A stretch of DNA of 64,000 nt, taken from the NCBI GenBank assembly GCA_041665405.1, contig JBAYIZ010000005.1:2513-66512 (forward strand). The letters run 5' to 3'. The notes beneath the pieces are model-generated. The model was not told the origin of the DNA and did not search any database. It saw only the letters and a program-made list of their open reading frames with translations. Shown one piece after another: positions 47,223 through 57,500 of this stretch. Numbering within the stretch: position 1 is the first letter of the stretch; each line of letters starts with the position of its first letter. A program made the position numbers and the translations under genes. This stretch comes from Candidatus Magasanikiibacteriota bacterium. GTDB lineage: Bacteria > Patescibacteriota > Patescibacteriia > Magasanikbacterales > GWA2-37-8.

Positions 47223-47861
47223 ATGATTATTCCTGCTATACTCGAAAAAAACTTTATCAATTTTGAAGACAAGGCCAAAAAATTATCCTTTGCTCCACTA
47301 ATTCAAATTGACGTGATGGATGGAGAATTTGTTCCAGCCAAATCTTTTTCTGAAATTGAAAAAATTAATAATTTAAATTTACCCAATGAATGGGAAATTC
47401 ATTTGATGGTCAGTCACCCGTTAAATGAATTAAAAAAATGGCAAGAGGTAAAAAATTTGAAGCGCATTCTATTTCATATTGAGTCAGAAGATAATCCACA
47501 AACTGTGATCCATGCTATAAAAAATGCAGGATACGAAGTTGGTATAGTCATTAATCCAGAAACAAAAATCACAGAAATATTACCATTCTTAAATCAAATT
47601 AATGTGGTAATGTTTATGACCGTTCATCCTGGAGGCCAAAACGCACCCTTTGTTCCAGAGGTACAAGAAAAAATCATTAGTTTTAAAAACCTTGTCGATA
47701 GCAAAGAAATCGATCTGACAATCGCGGTTGATGGCGCAATAAACAAAGACAATATCCAAGAAATTAAAAAATGGGGCGTAAATAATTTTTGTGTTGGTGG
47801 GGCTATATTAAGGGCGCCTGACCTCCAAAAAGCTTACGAGGAATTAACCAATTTAATATAA
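47223..47861 (+). CDS. rpe: ribulose-phosphate 3-epimerase
   Basis: 'IDVMDGEFVP', 'HLMV', 'MTVHPG', 'VDG'. Confidence 0.92.
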   Translation: MIIPAILEKNFINFEDKAKKLSFAPLIQIDVMDGEFVPAKSFSEIEKINNLNLPNEWEIHLMVSHPLNELKKWQEVKNLKRILFHIESEDNPQTVIHAIKNAGYEVGIVINPETKITEILPFLNQINVVMFMTVHPGGQNAPFVPEVQEKIISFKNLVDSKEIDLTIAVDGAINKDNIQEIKKWGVNNFCVGGAILRAPDLQKAYEELTNLI

Positions 47862-47862
47862 T

Positions 47863-48807
47863 ATGTTTGATCTTATCATCATCGGAGCGGCTGCGGCAGG
47901 TAGTAGCGCGGCTATATATAGTGCTAGAAGAAAATTAAATTTCAAAATTGTCACCGATGATTTGGGTGGTGAAGTGGCATTGTCCGGAGTGGTAAACAAT
48001 TGGCCAGGTACTATTGATATTCAAGGATATGAGTTGGCACAAAAATTTGCTGAACATGTAAAATCTTATGGCGTAGAAATCGACCAAGGGTTTAGAGTAG
48101 AAAAAATTGTTTCGAAAAATAATCATCACGTAATATTTGCAAAAAGTGCTAGTGACGAAGAAAAACAATACCAAACCAAAACTGTAATTATTGCTACTGG
48201 TATTCACCCCCGCCAACTGGGTGTGAAGGGCGAAGCGGAATACAATCGCAAGGGTGTCACCTATTGTACTGTTTGTGATGGCCCATTATTCAAAAATAAA
48301 ATTACCACCACTATTGGATCTGGAAACTCCGCTCTCGAATCTGCCCTCATGATGGCTGGTATCGCCAAAAAGGTATATCTGATCAGCAAGTATACAAACA
48401 CAGCTGAAAACAACTTTGGCTTTCCAAAAGGTGAAAATATTTTGATTGATAAAATCAAAGCTTTGTCAAATGTGGAAATAATTTATGGAGCAGTGACCAC
48501 CGAGATTATTGGTGATAAAAATGTAACGGGTGTAAAATATACTGATAGTACTGGTACAGAAAAAAATATAGAAACACAGGGTGTGATGGTCCATATTGGC
48601 CAAACACCTAATTCGCAATTTGTTGAAGTAGAAAAAAATGGCATGAAAGAAATAAAAGTTGATGCCAAATGTCGCACTAGTGTAAAGGGAATTTTTGCCG
48701 CCGGAGATGTGACTGACGTCGCCTACAAACAAATCGGCATTTCGGCTGGACAAGGTATTATCGCCGCCCTAGCCGCGATTGAATATACTAATAGATGGAG
48801 TGAATAA
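47863..48807 (+). CDS. trxB: thioredoxin reductase-family flavoprotein
   Basis: 'CTVCDG', 'GIFAAGDVTD', FAD-binding N-terminus. Confidence 0.85.
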   Translation: MFDLIIIGAAAAGSSAAIYSARRKLNFKIVTDDLGGEVALSGVVNNWPGTIDIQGYELAQKFAEHVKSYGVEIDQGFRVEKIVSKNNHHVIFAKSASDEEKQYQTKTVIIATGIHPRQLGVKGEAEYNRKGVTYCTVCDGPLFKNKITTTIGSGNSALESALMMAGIAKKVYLISKYTNTAENNFGFPKGENILIDKIKALSNVEIIYGAVTTEIIGDKNVTGVKYTDSTGTEKNIETQGVMVHIGQTPNSQFVEVEKNGMKEIKVDAKCRTSVKGIFAAGDVTDVAYKQIGISAGQGIIAALAAIEYTNRWSE

Positions 48808-48822
48808 TTAATTATAATTTTT

Positions 48823-49299
48823 ATGAAAGATACAGAAAACGGAGGATTATCAAAAGAAGAGATGGACAGATATTTTCCCTCTTCGGACAGGCCGACCGAC
48901 CGAGAGGGTGTCCTTATTGATACTGGAAACAGACCAAGGAGGACAGATAGTGTTACTCCAAAACAAGATGATGAAGCTAGGTCAAGAGAAAACCGAGAAA
49001 AAAATAATTTTAGTGTACTATCTGGTGATCTAGATACCATCAACACTAAAATCAAAAATTTTTTGACAGCCAGACGGGGCGGATCCAAAGATACTATATC
49101 TACTGTAATTATTAGAGATATGGCTGAGGCTATCATCGACAAGATGAATAATATTAGAAGAAATAAACCTGGCGAAGAGTTTACAGATATTCAAGCTAAA
49201 CTTGATCAACTGACAGATGGGCTGGATCAAATGGGTATGAGAACCTTCGCTGATAATTATTTCAAAAGCCAAAAGCCGCCTATGCGTAAAGCTGCTTAA
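48823..49299 (+). CDS. hypothetical protein
   Basis: ORF in operon frame; charged, disordered-looking N-terminus. Confidence 0.6.
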   Translation: MKDTENGGLSKEEMDRYFPSSDRPTDREGVLIDTGNRPRRTDSVTPKQDDEARSRENREKNNFSVLSGDLDTINTKIKNFLTARRGGSKDTISTVIIRDMAEAIIDKMNNIRRNKPGEEFTDIQAKLDQLTDGLDQMGMRTFADNYFKSQKPPMRKAA

Positions 49300-49326
49300 T
49301 TTTATCTATTATTAAAATACAAGCCT

Positions 49327-49641
49327 ATGAACTTTTTCTTTAATTTATTTCCTCATCTTCCATGGGGTATGACGGAAATAATCGTTAATGTGGTGGCCAT
49401 GATTGGTGTCATCTTACATATCTATGGTGTATTTTTAGAAAAAGAAAAACGTCGTGATTTGGTGTTTGTTATCGGTGGCACTTGTCTATTTGTTTATTCT
49501 CTTTGGATACAAAACAAAATTTTCTCTTTTGCTATGGCCGGTTTTACCCTGGCCAGTCTAGTAGAATATATAGAAATTTTGACTGGGCATCATTTACATA
49601 ATACAAAATTAGTAGAAGATTATAAACATCCAAATCAATAA
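49327..49641 (+). CDS. small hypothetical membrane protein
   Basis: Three hydrophobic segments. Confidence 0.65.
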   Translation: MNFFFNLFPHLPWGMTEIIVNVVAMIGVILHIYGVFLEKEKRRDLVFVIGGTCLFVYSLWIQNKIFSFAMAGFTLASLVEYIEILTGHHLHNTKLVEDYKHPNQ

Positions 49642-49644
49642 TCT

Positions 49645-50628
49645 ATGTACAAAATTATTGCCATTGGTGACGTTATTTTAGACACTCATATCAAAATAGA
49701 TGACGCCTCGGTAGAATGCGATTTGGACGGACGCAGATGTAAGTTGTGTCTAGATTATGCCACCAAAATACCAGTCACAGACAGTTTTCAAACCATAGGA
49801 GGTAATTCCGCCAATTTGGCGTTTAGCACAACAAAGTTAGGCCTCAGCACCGCTATTTTGAGTACTGTGGGCTATGATTCCAATGGCCAAATAATTGTTG
49901 ACGCTTTAAAAAAGTCAAAAATAAATACTGAATTTATTTTTTCAGACAAAAAAGCCAAAACCAGATATTCTACAATTTTGAACTTCCAAGGTGAAAGAAC
50001 AATTTTATCTTATCACCAAAAAAGAAACTACATCTGGCCAAAAGATTTCCCCGCTACCGATTGGATATATTACACCAGTCTAAGTGAAGGGTTCGATTTG
50101 TTGCAAACAAAACTACTAAAATTTTTAGAAAAACATTCTTCTGTTCGTTTGGCTTTTAATCCTGGATCGTTTCAATTGAAGAACGATTTGGAACTAACTA
50201 AAACAATTATCGCCAAAAGTGATTTGTTGATTGTTAATTTGGAAGAAGCTGAAAAGTTGGCTGGTGCAAATTTAAATAAATCAAAATCCGTCCAAAGTAT
50301 AATACATAAATTATTGGAACTTGGAGCACATGAAGTGGTTATCACGGACGGGGCAAACGGGGCGTGGGCGGGAAATGTGGATAGCGTCTGGTACAGTGAA
50401 TCATACCCAGTGAAAATAGTATCCAAAACTGGGGCCGGCGATGCTTTCTCCGCAGGATATTTGTCTGCCAAACTATATGGCCACGACCTCCCTACTTGTC
50501 TAACCTGGGGTATCGCCAACAGCTGTTCAGTGTTGGGACATTTTGGAGTGCAGGATGGGTTATTGGATAGAAACGGACTCAAAAAAATGATAGAAAAATA
50601 TTCTAAAATAAAACCCCAAGAAAAATAA
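49645..50628 (+). CDS. PfkB-family carbohydrate kinase
   Basis: 'GGNSAN.A', 'TGAGDAF'. Confidence 0.9.
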   Translation: MYKIIAIGDVILDTHIKIDDASVECDLDGRRCKLCLDYATKIPVTDSFQTIGGNSANLAFSTTKLGLSTAILSTVGYDSNGQIIVDALKKSKINTEFIFSDKKAKTRYSTILNFQGERTILSYHQKRNYIWPKDFPATDWIYYTSLSEGFDLLQTKLLKFLEKHSSVRLAFNPGSFQLKNDLELTKTIIAKSDLLIVNLEEAEKLAGANLNKSKSVQSIIHKLLELGAHEVVITDGANGAWAGNVDSVWYSESYPVKIVSKTGAGDAFSAGYLSAKLYGHDLPTCLTWGIANSCSVLGHFGVQDGLLDRNGLKKMIEKYSKIKPQEK

Positions 50629-50679
50629 AACAAAAATCCTCCAACTAACGGAGAATTTTTTTATTGGTTAATTTGCGAT

Positions 50680-51402
50680 TTATTCTTGTGAATAAAAATC
50701 GATTTCAATTGTTTCGTGAATACCACGCATTCTGTTTAATTCTTGCTTGCGGCCAACAAAAAATTCGTGAGATTTTTCAACATCTTCATGCGCAAATTCT
50801 GGCGCCAACAAACATAGCCCATGCTCAAATGCATCCACGCGAGCGCGAATTTCATCGGCCAAGGTAGCGTGATTTTCTTCTTTGTCGGCCAACTCATTCA
50901 AGCGACCCAAATGATGTTTTATCTCATCTAATATTTCTTTGAACTCTTGAACTTTTTTCAAATAAAATTCTTTCTTCATTCCGACTGCTTCTCTGGTGGC
51001 GAAATCACGTATTTGAATTTGCATATTTATTAGAGCCTCACTCAAAATCATTCTTTGTTCTTCATCGAAATAGTTGGCCATTTTCCCAGAAAAAAAATCT
51101 CTCAAACTTAAACCAAGTTGTCTATATTCCAAATATTTTTCTTGCAATTCCGTTGGCAAACTTGCCAACAAAAATTGTTCACCAACTTTTTCTTCAGCGG
51201 AAGTTAATAGCTCTCTAAATGCACGGCTCCAAGGCCAAACTTCATAACCATGTTGTACCATCAATTTTTCTAGATCTTTTATATCTATCTCGTTTTCTTG
51301 AACATTTTTCAAATCTTTTCTCATCTGGTATTTCAAATCCTCTGGAAAAAGTGGCGGGATACTATCCACCAATTGTTTAAATAAGGCTATTGTAGATTGC
51401 AT
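50680..51402 (-). CDS. hypothetical helical protein
   Basis: 240-aa ORF with native-like composition. Confidence 0.7.
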   Translation of the reverse strand: MQSTIALFKQLVDSIPPLFPEDLKYQMRKDLKNVQENEIDIKDLEKLMVQHGYEVWPWSRAFRELLTSAEEKVGEQFLLASLPTELQEKYLEYRQLGLSLRDFFSGKMANYFDEEQRMILSEALINMQIQIRDFATREAVGMKKEFYLKKVQEFKEILDEIKHHLGRLNELADKEENHATLADEIRARVDAFEHGLCLLAPEFAHEDVEKSHEFFVGRKQELNRMRGIHETIEIDFYSQE

Positions 51403-51408
51403 ATTATT

Positions 51409-51870
51409 TTATTTACTTTTGGAAGAAATGTAATACATAGTAATACCGGCGGCCACGCTCACATTCAAACTCTTTTTCTTGCCTTTCATGTCCAACTCGA
51501 TATCCTTGTCACAATATTTCAATAAACTCTTGGTGACACCGGTTTTTTCATTACCGACAATCAAAGCCAGCGGAAATTTTGGCTCCCACTCATATATATT
51601 AACACTTTTTGGCGTCTGTTCCAAGGCGACAATATTATATCCATCCTCTTTCAGTTTTTTTAATAAACGTCCAGTTTGTTTGGTGTACTCCCATGGCACC
51701 CATTTTTCTGCACCTAAAGATACTTTATCTAGACGAGGATGTGGAGGACACGGGGTGTAGCCGGTGAGATATATTTTATCTACCCCTGCCCCATCGGCAG
51801 TACGAAACATAGCACCGACATTGTGGGCACTGCGGATATTGGGTAAAATGATAACAAATTTTGGCAACAT
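51409..51870 (-). CDS. SpoU/TrmH-family RNA methyltransferase
   Basis: 'NVGAMFRT', 'GNEKTG', 'SLNVSVAAG'. Confidence 0.92.
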   Translation of the reverse strand: MLPKFVIILPNIRSAHNVGAMFRTADGAGVDKIYLTGYTPCPPHPRLDKVSLGAEKWVPWEYTKQTGRLLKKLKEDGYNIVALEQTPKSVNIYEWEPKFPLALIVGNEKTGVTKSLLKYCDKDIELDMKGKKKSLNVSVAAGITMYYISSKSK

Positions 51871-51973
51871 ATATTTTCTTGTCACTCTGTATCTTATGGT
51901 ATATAATCAATTTATACTGATGTGAGCTTTTACAACAAAATTATAGCTTATTTATCACAAAAAATCAACGAAT

Positions 51974-52387
51974 ATGGACAACAGACCATCGGTAGGAATC
52001 GGAGTAATTGTCATCAAGGATAATATGGTTCTTTTGGGTAAAAGAAAAAACGCCCACGGTGAAGGAGCGTGGAGCTTTGGTGGTGGTCATCTAGAATTGA
52101 AAGAATCATGGGAAGAATGTGCCGCACGAGAAGTTATGGAGGAAGTCGGGATTACAATAAAAAATATTCGTTTTGGAACTGCGACCAATGATATTTTTGA
52201 TAAGGAAGAAAAACATTACATTACCATATTTATGATCGGAGATTATGATTCTGGTGAAGTCAAAACCATGGAACCAGAAAAATGTGAAGGATGGGAGTGG
52301 TTTGAATGGGATCAATTACCAAGACCACTTTTTTTACCAATCGAAAATTTATTAAAGCAAAGTTTTGACCCCTTCAAAGCCAGCTAG
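51974..52387 (+). CDS. NUDIX hydrolase (NUDT15/MutT-like)
   Basis: 'GGHLE..ES.EECAAREVMEEVG', 'EPEKCEGWEWF'. Confidence 0.92.
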   Translation: MDNRPSVGIGVIVIKDNMVLLGKRKNAHGEGAWSFGGGHLELKESWEECAAREVMEEVGITIKNIRFGTATNDIFDKEEKHYITIFMIGDYDSGEVKTMEPEKCEGWEWFEWDQLPRPLFLPIENLLKQSFDPFKAS

Positions 52388-52391
52388 AAAA

Positions 52392-53117
52392 TTATTTTCC
52401 AATATAACTAATTTCGTCCTCATGCAAACGACGCAAACCAGCGTCGTTTGTCATTTCTTCATAAATATGAGCTACCAACCCAGGTACGCGAGCGGTGATA
52501 AAAATCCCTTTCATCATGTCTGGATCAAAACCCATATCCGCCAATATTGCTCCCATAGCACCGTCAATATTTAATGGTAATTGTTTTGAAGAAATTTTAT
52601 TTAATTCTTTTTGACTATCAACAGCCACTTGGCAGGCTTGTTTAAAAAACCCAGTCTTTTTGGCAATTTTTAGAAGCTCTTCCGCGCGTTCATCTCTCTC
52701 CAATACTGCATGTCCAAATCCAGCCAAACGCACTTTTTTGTCCTTTAGCTCTCCAATGGTCTGAACCAAATTTTTATTTTTTATATTTTTCAAAAAGAAT
52801 TTAGCGGCATTTTCGATTGCGCTACCATGCCTTTCTCCCATCGCTAGAATACCAGCAGTAAGAGCAGTATGCATACTATTTTTGGCTGAGGCCACAATAC
52901 GCGCAGTCATGGCTGAAGCGGTACCAATACCATGATCAATGGCCGCGGTAAGCAGAGCATCCAACATTTTAGTTTCTTTCGCTTTAGGCATTCTCCCCTG
53001 CCAAATTAAAAAAATAGTTTCTGTAAAAGTATTATTTTTAATCAAACCAGACAATTTTTTGCCACGAATAGTTTCTTTACCACTATTAACATTAGTAATT
53101 TTTGTTTCCCATTTCAT
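52392..53117 (-). CDS. citryl-CoA lyase (citrate-synthase fold)
   Basis: 'DHG', 'HGSA', 'GFGH', 'LNIDGA', 'ARVPGLVAH'. Confidence 0.85.
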   Translation of the reverse strand: MKWETKITNVNSGKETIRGKKLSGLIKNNTFTETIFLIWQGRMPKAKETKMLDALLTAAIDHGIGTASAMTARIVASAKNSMHTALTAGILAMGERHGSAIENAAKFFLKNIKNKNLVQTIGELKDKKVRLAGFGHAVLERDERAEELLKIAKKTGFFKQACQVAVDSQKELNKISSKQLPLNIDGAMGAILADMGFDPDMMKGIFITARVPGLVAHIYEEMTNDAGLRRLHEDEISYIGK

Positions 53118-53137
53118 AATATTTTAAAAAAGTATTA

Positions 53138-53266
53138 AAGCCGATTAAATATTAATTTTCGCAGTGCGAATTGTTTGAAGTGGCGAGAATCAAACAAGGC
53201 TGTCTGCAATAAGATAAATTCGCCACAAGTCTGAGCACAAGAAAATTCATATTTATGAGGCGTCAA
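53138..53266 (-). ncRNA. 129-nt structured intergenic element copy 2
   Basis: Homologous to 11887-12015 with compensatory changes. Confidence 0.7.
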
Positions 53267-53267
53267 A

Positions 53268-54164
53268 TCATGCGAAAGGCTTAATCTTAGTTACTAAATC
53301 CTCATAAGTATCCGCAATCAATACCCCCACAGACTTCAAAGCCGCTTTCTTTTCCTCCGCACTTTGCCCCTTACCAACAATCGCCCCCGCATGTCCAATG
53401 TTCATTCCCTCTGGAAATAGATTAGCAAATTTACCTCCAATATACACCGCCAATGGTTTGGTCCATTCTTTATTTTTGATCATATCTACTATTTCGAATT
53501 CATATCCTCCACCATGTTCACCGAAAATAACCACCGCTTTGGTTTGTTCGTCTTTTTCAAACAATTTTAACAAGTCAGCATAAGTGGTACCCATTAAAAG
53601 GTCGCCGCCCACATGTACCGCTGTACTTTGTCCTAGACCAGCTTTGCGAATTTGCCATGATAATTCGTTGGTCATACCACCAGATCTAGAAATCACTCCA
53701 ATGCTACCAGGCTGAAAAACTTCATTAGCCAAACTTAATGGACCGCCCACTACCCCAATCCTCCCCTCTCCTGGACTAATATAGCCAAGTGAACTAGGAC
53801 CAATCAGGCGAATATTTTTTTCTTTGGCGGCCGCTAAACAATAGGCAGTATCTTGAATGGGAATTCTTTCAACGATGGTATTTATAATTGCGATATTATT
53901 TTCAATCGCTTCCAATATCGCCTCCTTGGCGGCAAATGGTGGCACATAAATTGTAGTGGTAGAAATATCGGGATGCGCCGACATTGCTTCTTTTACCGAA
54001 TTGTAAACTGGCACTCCTTCTACAATTTCTCCACCTTTGCCGGGACGCACACCGGCTATCACTTGAGTACCATATTCACGCATGGCCGCCGCCGCTTTTT
54101 GCCCCTCTTTGCCAGTAATCCCCTGTACCAAAACTTTAGTATTTTTATTTATTAAAATCGACAT
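53268..54164 (-). CDS. citryl-CoA synthetase/succinyl-CoA ligase alpha-type subunit
   Basis: 'VQGITG', 'SRSGG', phospho-His 'GHAGA'. Confidence 0.88.
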   Translation of the reverse strand: MSILINKNTKVLVQGITGKEGQKAAAAMREYGTQVIAGVRPGKGGEIVEGVPVYNSVKEAMSAHPDISTTTIYVPPFAAKEAILEAIENNIAIINTIVERIPIQDTAYCLAAAKEKNIRLIGPSSLGYISPGEGRIGVVGGPLSLANEVFQPGSIGVISRSGGMTNELSWQIRKAGLGQSTAVHVGGDLLMGTTYADLLKLFEKDEQTKAVVIFGEHGGGYEFEIVDMIKNKEWTKPLAVYIGGKFANLFPEGMNIGHAGAIVGKGQSAEEKKAALKSVGVLIADTYEDLVTKIKPFA

Positions 54165-54167
54165 ATA

Positions 54168-55310
54168 TTATTTGTTTATCATATCAACTAAAACGGCGGC
54201 AGTCTCGCCCATGGCTATTTCTTTACCAAAAATTTTTAAATTTAAATTATTTCTTTTCGCACATTCTTCCATCAGTCGTTTACCTTCAACTTCATTGGGT
54301 CCAGCCCTACGAATTACGATAGGATAGCTCGGTTTAACTTCATCTAGCGCGTCAATAATTCCACTAAAGGTAGCGGCTATATCTGTAAAGTTGGCCGTTC
54401 CGCCAGCAATCCATAAACCACGTAATCCTGGTTTTGACAGTACTATTTTAGCTAATTGATAAACTTTTTCTCGAGGAGGATTACCAGAATATTCGGTGTA
54501 ATTGTCCGGTTTTAAACCGACTTGAATGAGTGCGTCCATATTGGCAATACTAGCACCGCCTCCAGAAAATAATACGGCCACATCTCCATCCATTTCAATA
54601 TATTTACCAGCTGTACCACGATAATAATTTTCACCTTCATCGATTTTTTTCACTTCTATTTCTCTTTCAGTCGGCAAACGACCAAGCATAGTGCGTGGTT
54701 CAAAATTCCAATCTTTATGACGATAAAAAGCATCCTCATCTAAAGCTATTTTGGCATCAGCCGCCACAAAATTTCCTTCAACAGTTTTTACCAATGGATT
54801 GATCTCCACCACTCGAGCATCGCTTTGCAAAAAGCAACGCCACAACTCATTGGCAAAAGGAATATCTGAATTTATTTCAGATTGTCTGATATCCAAATAT
54901 TGTTTTTTGATTTTTTCTTCTGACACATCTTCAATATCCATACCACCATCTTGAGAATATACTAGCACCGGCTGTTTTTTATTAGTGTCATAGGTAATAG
55001 ACAAATAATGCTCAGCTTCAATATTTAATTTTTCTTCCATCAATACTGCCGATACATATTGTCCACGGATATTACTAGCAAAAATTTTCTCGGCTGCCTG
55101 TTTGGCCTCAGCTGGTGAAACGGCAAATAGAATTCCATTATTTTTACCGCGCTTACCAGATAAAACCTGGGCTTTCAATACTACTCCCGCTATACCTAAC
55201 TGATTATATTTTTCTATAACATTATCTTCACGGCGTAACAAAACAGACTTTGGCACCGTAATACCAAACTTGGAAAAAATATTTTTTCCTTCAAATTCGT
55301 AAAGATTCAT
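54168..55310 (-). CDS. ATP-citrate lyase beta-type subunit (ATP-grasp plus citrate-binding domain)
   Basis: ATG at 55310; 'EINPL'; ACL-type 'GGGAS', 'NYTEYSGNP', 'GGTANFTD', 'RAGPN'. Confidence 0.85.
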   Translation of the reverse strand: MNLYEFEGKNIFSKFGITVPKSVLLRREDNVIEKYNQLGIAGVVLKAQVLSGKRGKNNGILFAVSPAEAKQAAEKIFASNIRGQYVSAVLMEEKLNIEAEHYLSITYDTNKKQPVLVYSQDGGMDIEDVSEEKIKKQYLDIRQSEINSDIPFANELWRCFLQSDARVVEINPLVKTVEGNFVAADAKIALDEDAFYRHKDWNFEPRTMLGRLPTEREIEVKKIDEGENYYRGTAGKYIEMDGDVAVLFSGGGASIANMDALIQVGLKPDNYTEYSGNPPREKVYQLAKIVLSKPGLRGLWIAGGTANFTDIAATFSGIIDALDEVKPSYPIVIRRAGPNEVEGKRLMEECAKRNNLNLKIFGKEIAMGETAAVLVDMINK

Positions 55311-55311
55311 A

Positions 55312-56196
55312 TTAGTTGCTATTCCACCTAGAAAAAATACCACAAGGTAACAAACGTTCACTATTACTTTCAGCGATAGCCAATTCTCCTTTCTCCAACT
55401 TACCACCGTACTTTGTAACTAACGATAACAAATTATTTTCATAGGCAATGGCTGAATAGCCGCTGGCGTAGCCATTAACTAAAAAGAATAGTGGATCGTC
55501 TGATAAAATTTGAGAACACAGATCTATTAAGCCAACAAAGTCTTTTTCTACCTTCCACATCTCCCCTTTTGGTCCATGACCAAAAGCTGGCGGGTCCATT
55601 AGGATACCATCATATTTTTTGCCACGCTTTACTTCACGTCGGACAAATTCTACTGCATCATCTAGTATCCAACGAATTGGTTTTTCTCGAAGCCCAGACA
55701 GCTCAGCATTATCTCTTGCCCAACCAATAGCTACCTTCGAACCGTCCACATGACAAACCTGTGCTCCAGCTTGAGCGCAAGCCAGACTAGCACCGCCAGT
55801 ATAACCAAATAGGTTCAGCACATTAATTTCTGGCTGATTGGGTAAACGTTTATTAATCATTTTGCGCATCCAGTGCCAATTACCTTCTTGTTCTGGAAAA
55901 AGTCCCGTGTGTTTAAAGGCAGTCGGACGAATATGAAATTTTAAACCACCAAAATTTATTGTCCACTTTTCTGGAGTACCTGGTTTTATTTTCCAATCGG
56001 CGTTGCGACCGTCGCGCACAAAAACCGCGTCAGCATCATTCCATGTTTTTACTGGTAAATTTTTCTTCCATAACGCTTGGGGATCAGGACGTCGAAAAAC
56101 TACTTTCCCGTAGCGTTCGAGTTTTTCACCATCACCACTGTCTAAAAGTTCATAATCTGGACTTGATGGGGTCGATAAAATAGATAGGTTTGACAT
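55312..56196 (-). CDS. class I SAM-dependent methyltransferase (RlmI/YwbD-like)
   Basis: 'LNLFGYTG', 'DPPAFG'. Confidence 0.88.
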   Translation of the reverse strand: MSNLSILSTPSSPDYELLDSGDGEKLERYGKVVFRRPDPQALWKKNLPVKTWNDADAVFVRDGRNADWKIKPGTPEKWTINFGGLKFHIRPTAFKHTGLFPEQEGNWHWMRKMINKRLPNQPEINVLNLFGYTGGASLACAQAGAQVCHVDGSKVAIGWARDNAELSGLREKPIRWILDDAVEFVRREVKRGKKYDGILMDPPAFGHGPKGEMWKVEKDFVGLIDLCSQILSDDPLFFLVNGYASGYSAIAYENNLLSLVTKYGGKLEKGELAIAESNSERLLPCGIFSRWNSN

Positions 56197-56208
56197 AAGA
56201 TATAATTA

Positions 56209-56541
56209 TTATTTAAAATCCATTCTAAATTCTAAACCATGTTCTTTAAATCCTTTACGTTTATACCACTCATGCACTTCAGTTCGAACTTTTCTGCTAG
56301 TACTAATTAATTTATAACACTTTCTTGCTTGTGCTTCTGTAATAATAGTTTGTAATAATTCATTTCCAATCCCCTTTTTTCGACTATTTTCTTCTACAAA
56401 TACATCTTCCAACAAACCATACGGTTCTTGGTGTAAATCATTATAAATTAAATACAACCATGCCCGTCCCAGCTCTTGTCCATTTTCTTCTATAGAAATT
56501 TTTATTCCAACAGTAGATTTTTCAATTTTTTTTATATTCAT
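56209..56541 (-). CDS. GNAT acetyltransferase
   Basis: 'EDVFVEENSRKKGIG', 'WYKRKGF'. Confidence 0.85.
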   Translation of the reverse strand: MNIKKIEKSTVGIKISIEENGQELGRAWLYLIYNDLHQEPYGLLEDVFVEENSRKKGIGNELLQTIITEAQARKCYKLISTSRKVRTEVHEWYKRKGFKEHGLEFRMDFK

Positions 56542-56542
56542 A

Positions 56543-57499
56543 TTACGATTTCAAGATTTCTTTTAACTTTTTTCCTAATTTTATCGAACAAAGACCACCA
56601 CCTGTGCGTGAAAAATCAAAAGCAACAATACTGCGTTTTGGTAAATTTTTTGGATCATATTTTATTGTCCCCCAATTTCTAGTTTTATAAAATGCCAATT
56701 CTTTATTAGTCAATTTATGAATATTATACAAAATCCAATCAGCTGGTCTAGGTAAATACATCTCCAGCTCTTTGACGGTCTCGCTCAGATACTCCGGACC
56801 AGTTTCTCCATCGGTGTGATAGGCGTTCCCCACCACAAATACCATTTTAGCATTAGATTTTTTTATTGCTTCTTTGATACCATTAGGTAATAATGTCGCT
56901 ACCACACTGGTATACAAACTACCAGGACTCAACACAATATAATCGGCTGATAAGATCGCGGAGATAGCTTCTTTATTGGCTTTTACTTGTGGATCCAACC
57001 ATACTTTTTTAATTCTTAAGTCACGACTATAATTTGGTTTATCTATCGCCGCTTCGGTTCGGATTATTTTTTTATTATTTAATTCTGCAACCAAATCACA
57101 ATTGGCTAAAGTAACTGGGTAAACCCGCCCCATAGCTTCGACACTTTCCTCTAGCGCTCTTATTGCCATATTAAAATCTCCGGCATATTGCTCGGTCAAG
57201 GTTAAAAATATATTGCCAAGATTATGACCAGATAACTTGTTGTTAGCAGAAAAACGGTTACCGTTAAATATTTTTTTTAATAATAAATAATCATACCTAG
57301 ATAGCGCCAAAATTGCTCGTAATACATCTCCTGGTGGCAAAGTACCAAATTCTTTTCTCAATTTACCGGAGGAACCACCAGAATCACTCATGGCAATCAC
57401 CGCCGAAATATCAAAAAGATCCACATTTTGTTTCAATGCCACCAACGAAATAGCACTGCCATTGCCTCCACCGATTACTACCACATTCTTTTTTTTCAT
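56543..57499 (-). CDS. yvcK: YvcK/GlmR family UDP-GlcNAc-binding protein
   Basis: 'GGGNG', 'DSGGSSG.LR', 'PPGD', 'GHNLGN', 'PGSLYTS'. Confidence 0.9.
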   Translation of the reverse strand: MKKKNVVVIGGGNGSAISLVALKQNVDLFDISAVIAMSDSGGSSGKLRKEFGTLPPGDVLRAILALSRYDYLLLKKIFNGNRFSANNKLSGHNLGNIFLTLTEQYAGDFNMAIRALEESVEAMGRVYPVTLANCDLVAELNNKKIIRTEAAIDKPNYSRDLRIKKVWLDPQVKANKEAISAILSADYIVLSPGSLYTSVVATLLPNGIKEAIKKSNAKMVFVVGNAYHTDGETGPEYLSETVKELEMYLPRPADWILYNIHKLTNKELAFYKTRNWGTIKYDPKNLPKRSIVAFDFSRTGGGLCSIKLGKKLKEILKS

Positions 57500-57500
57500 A

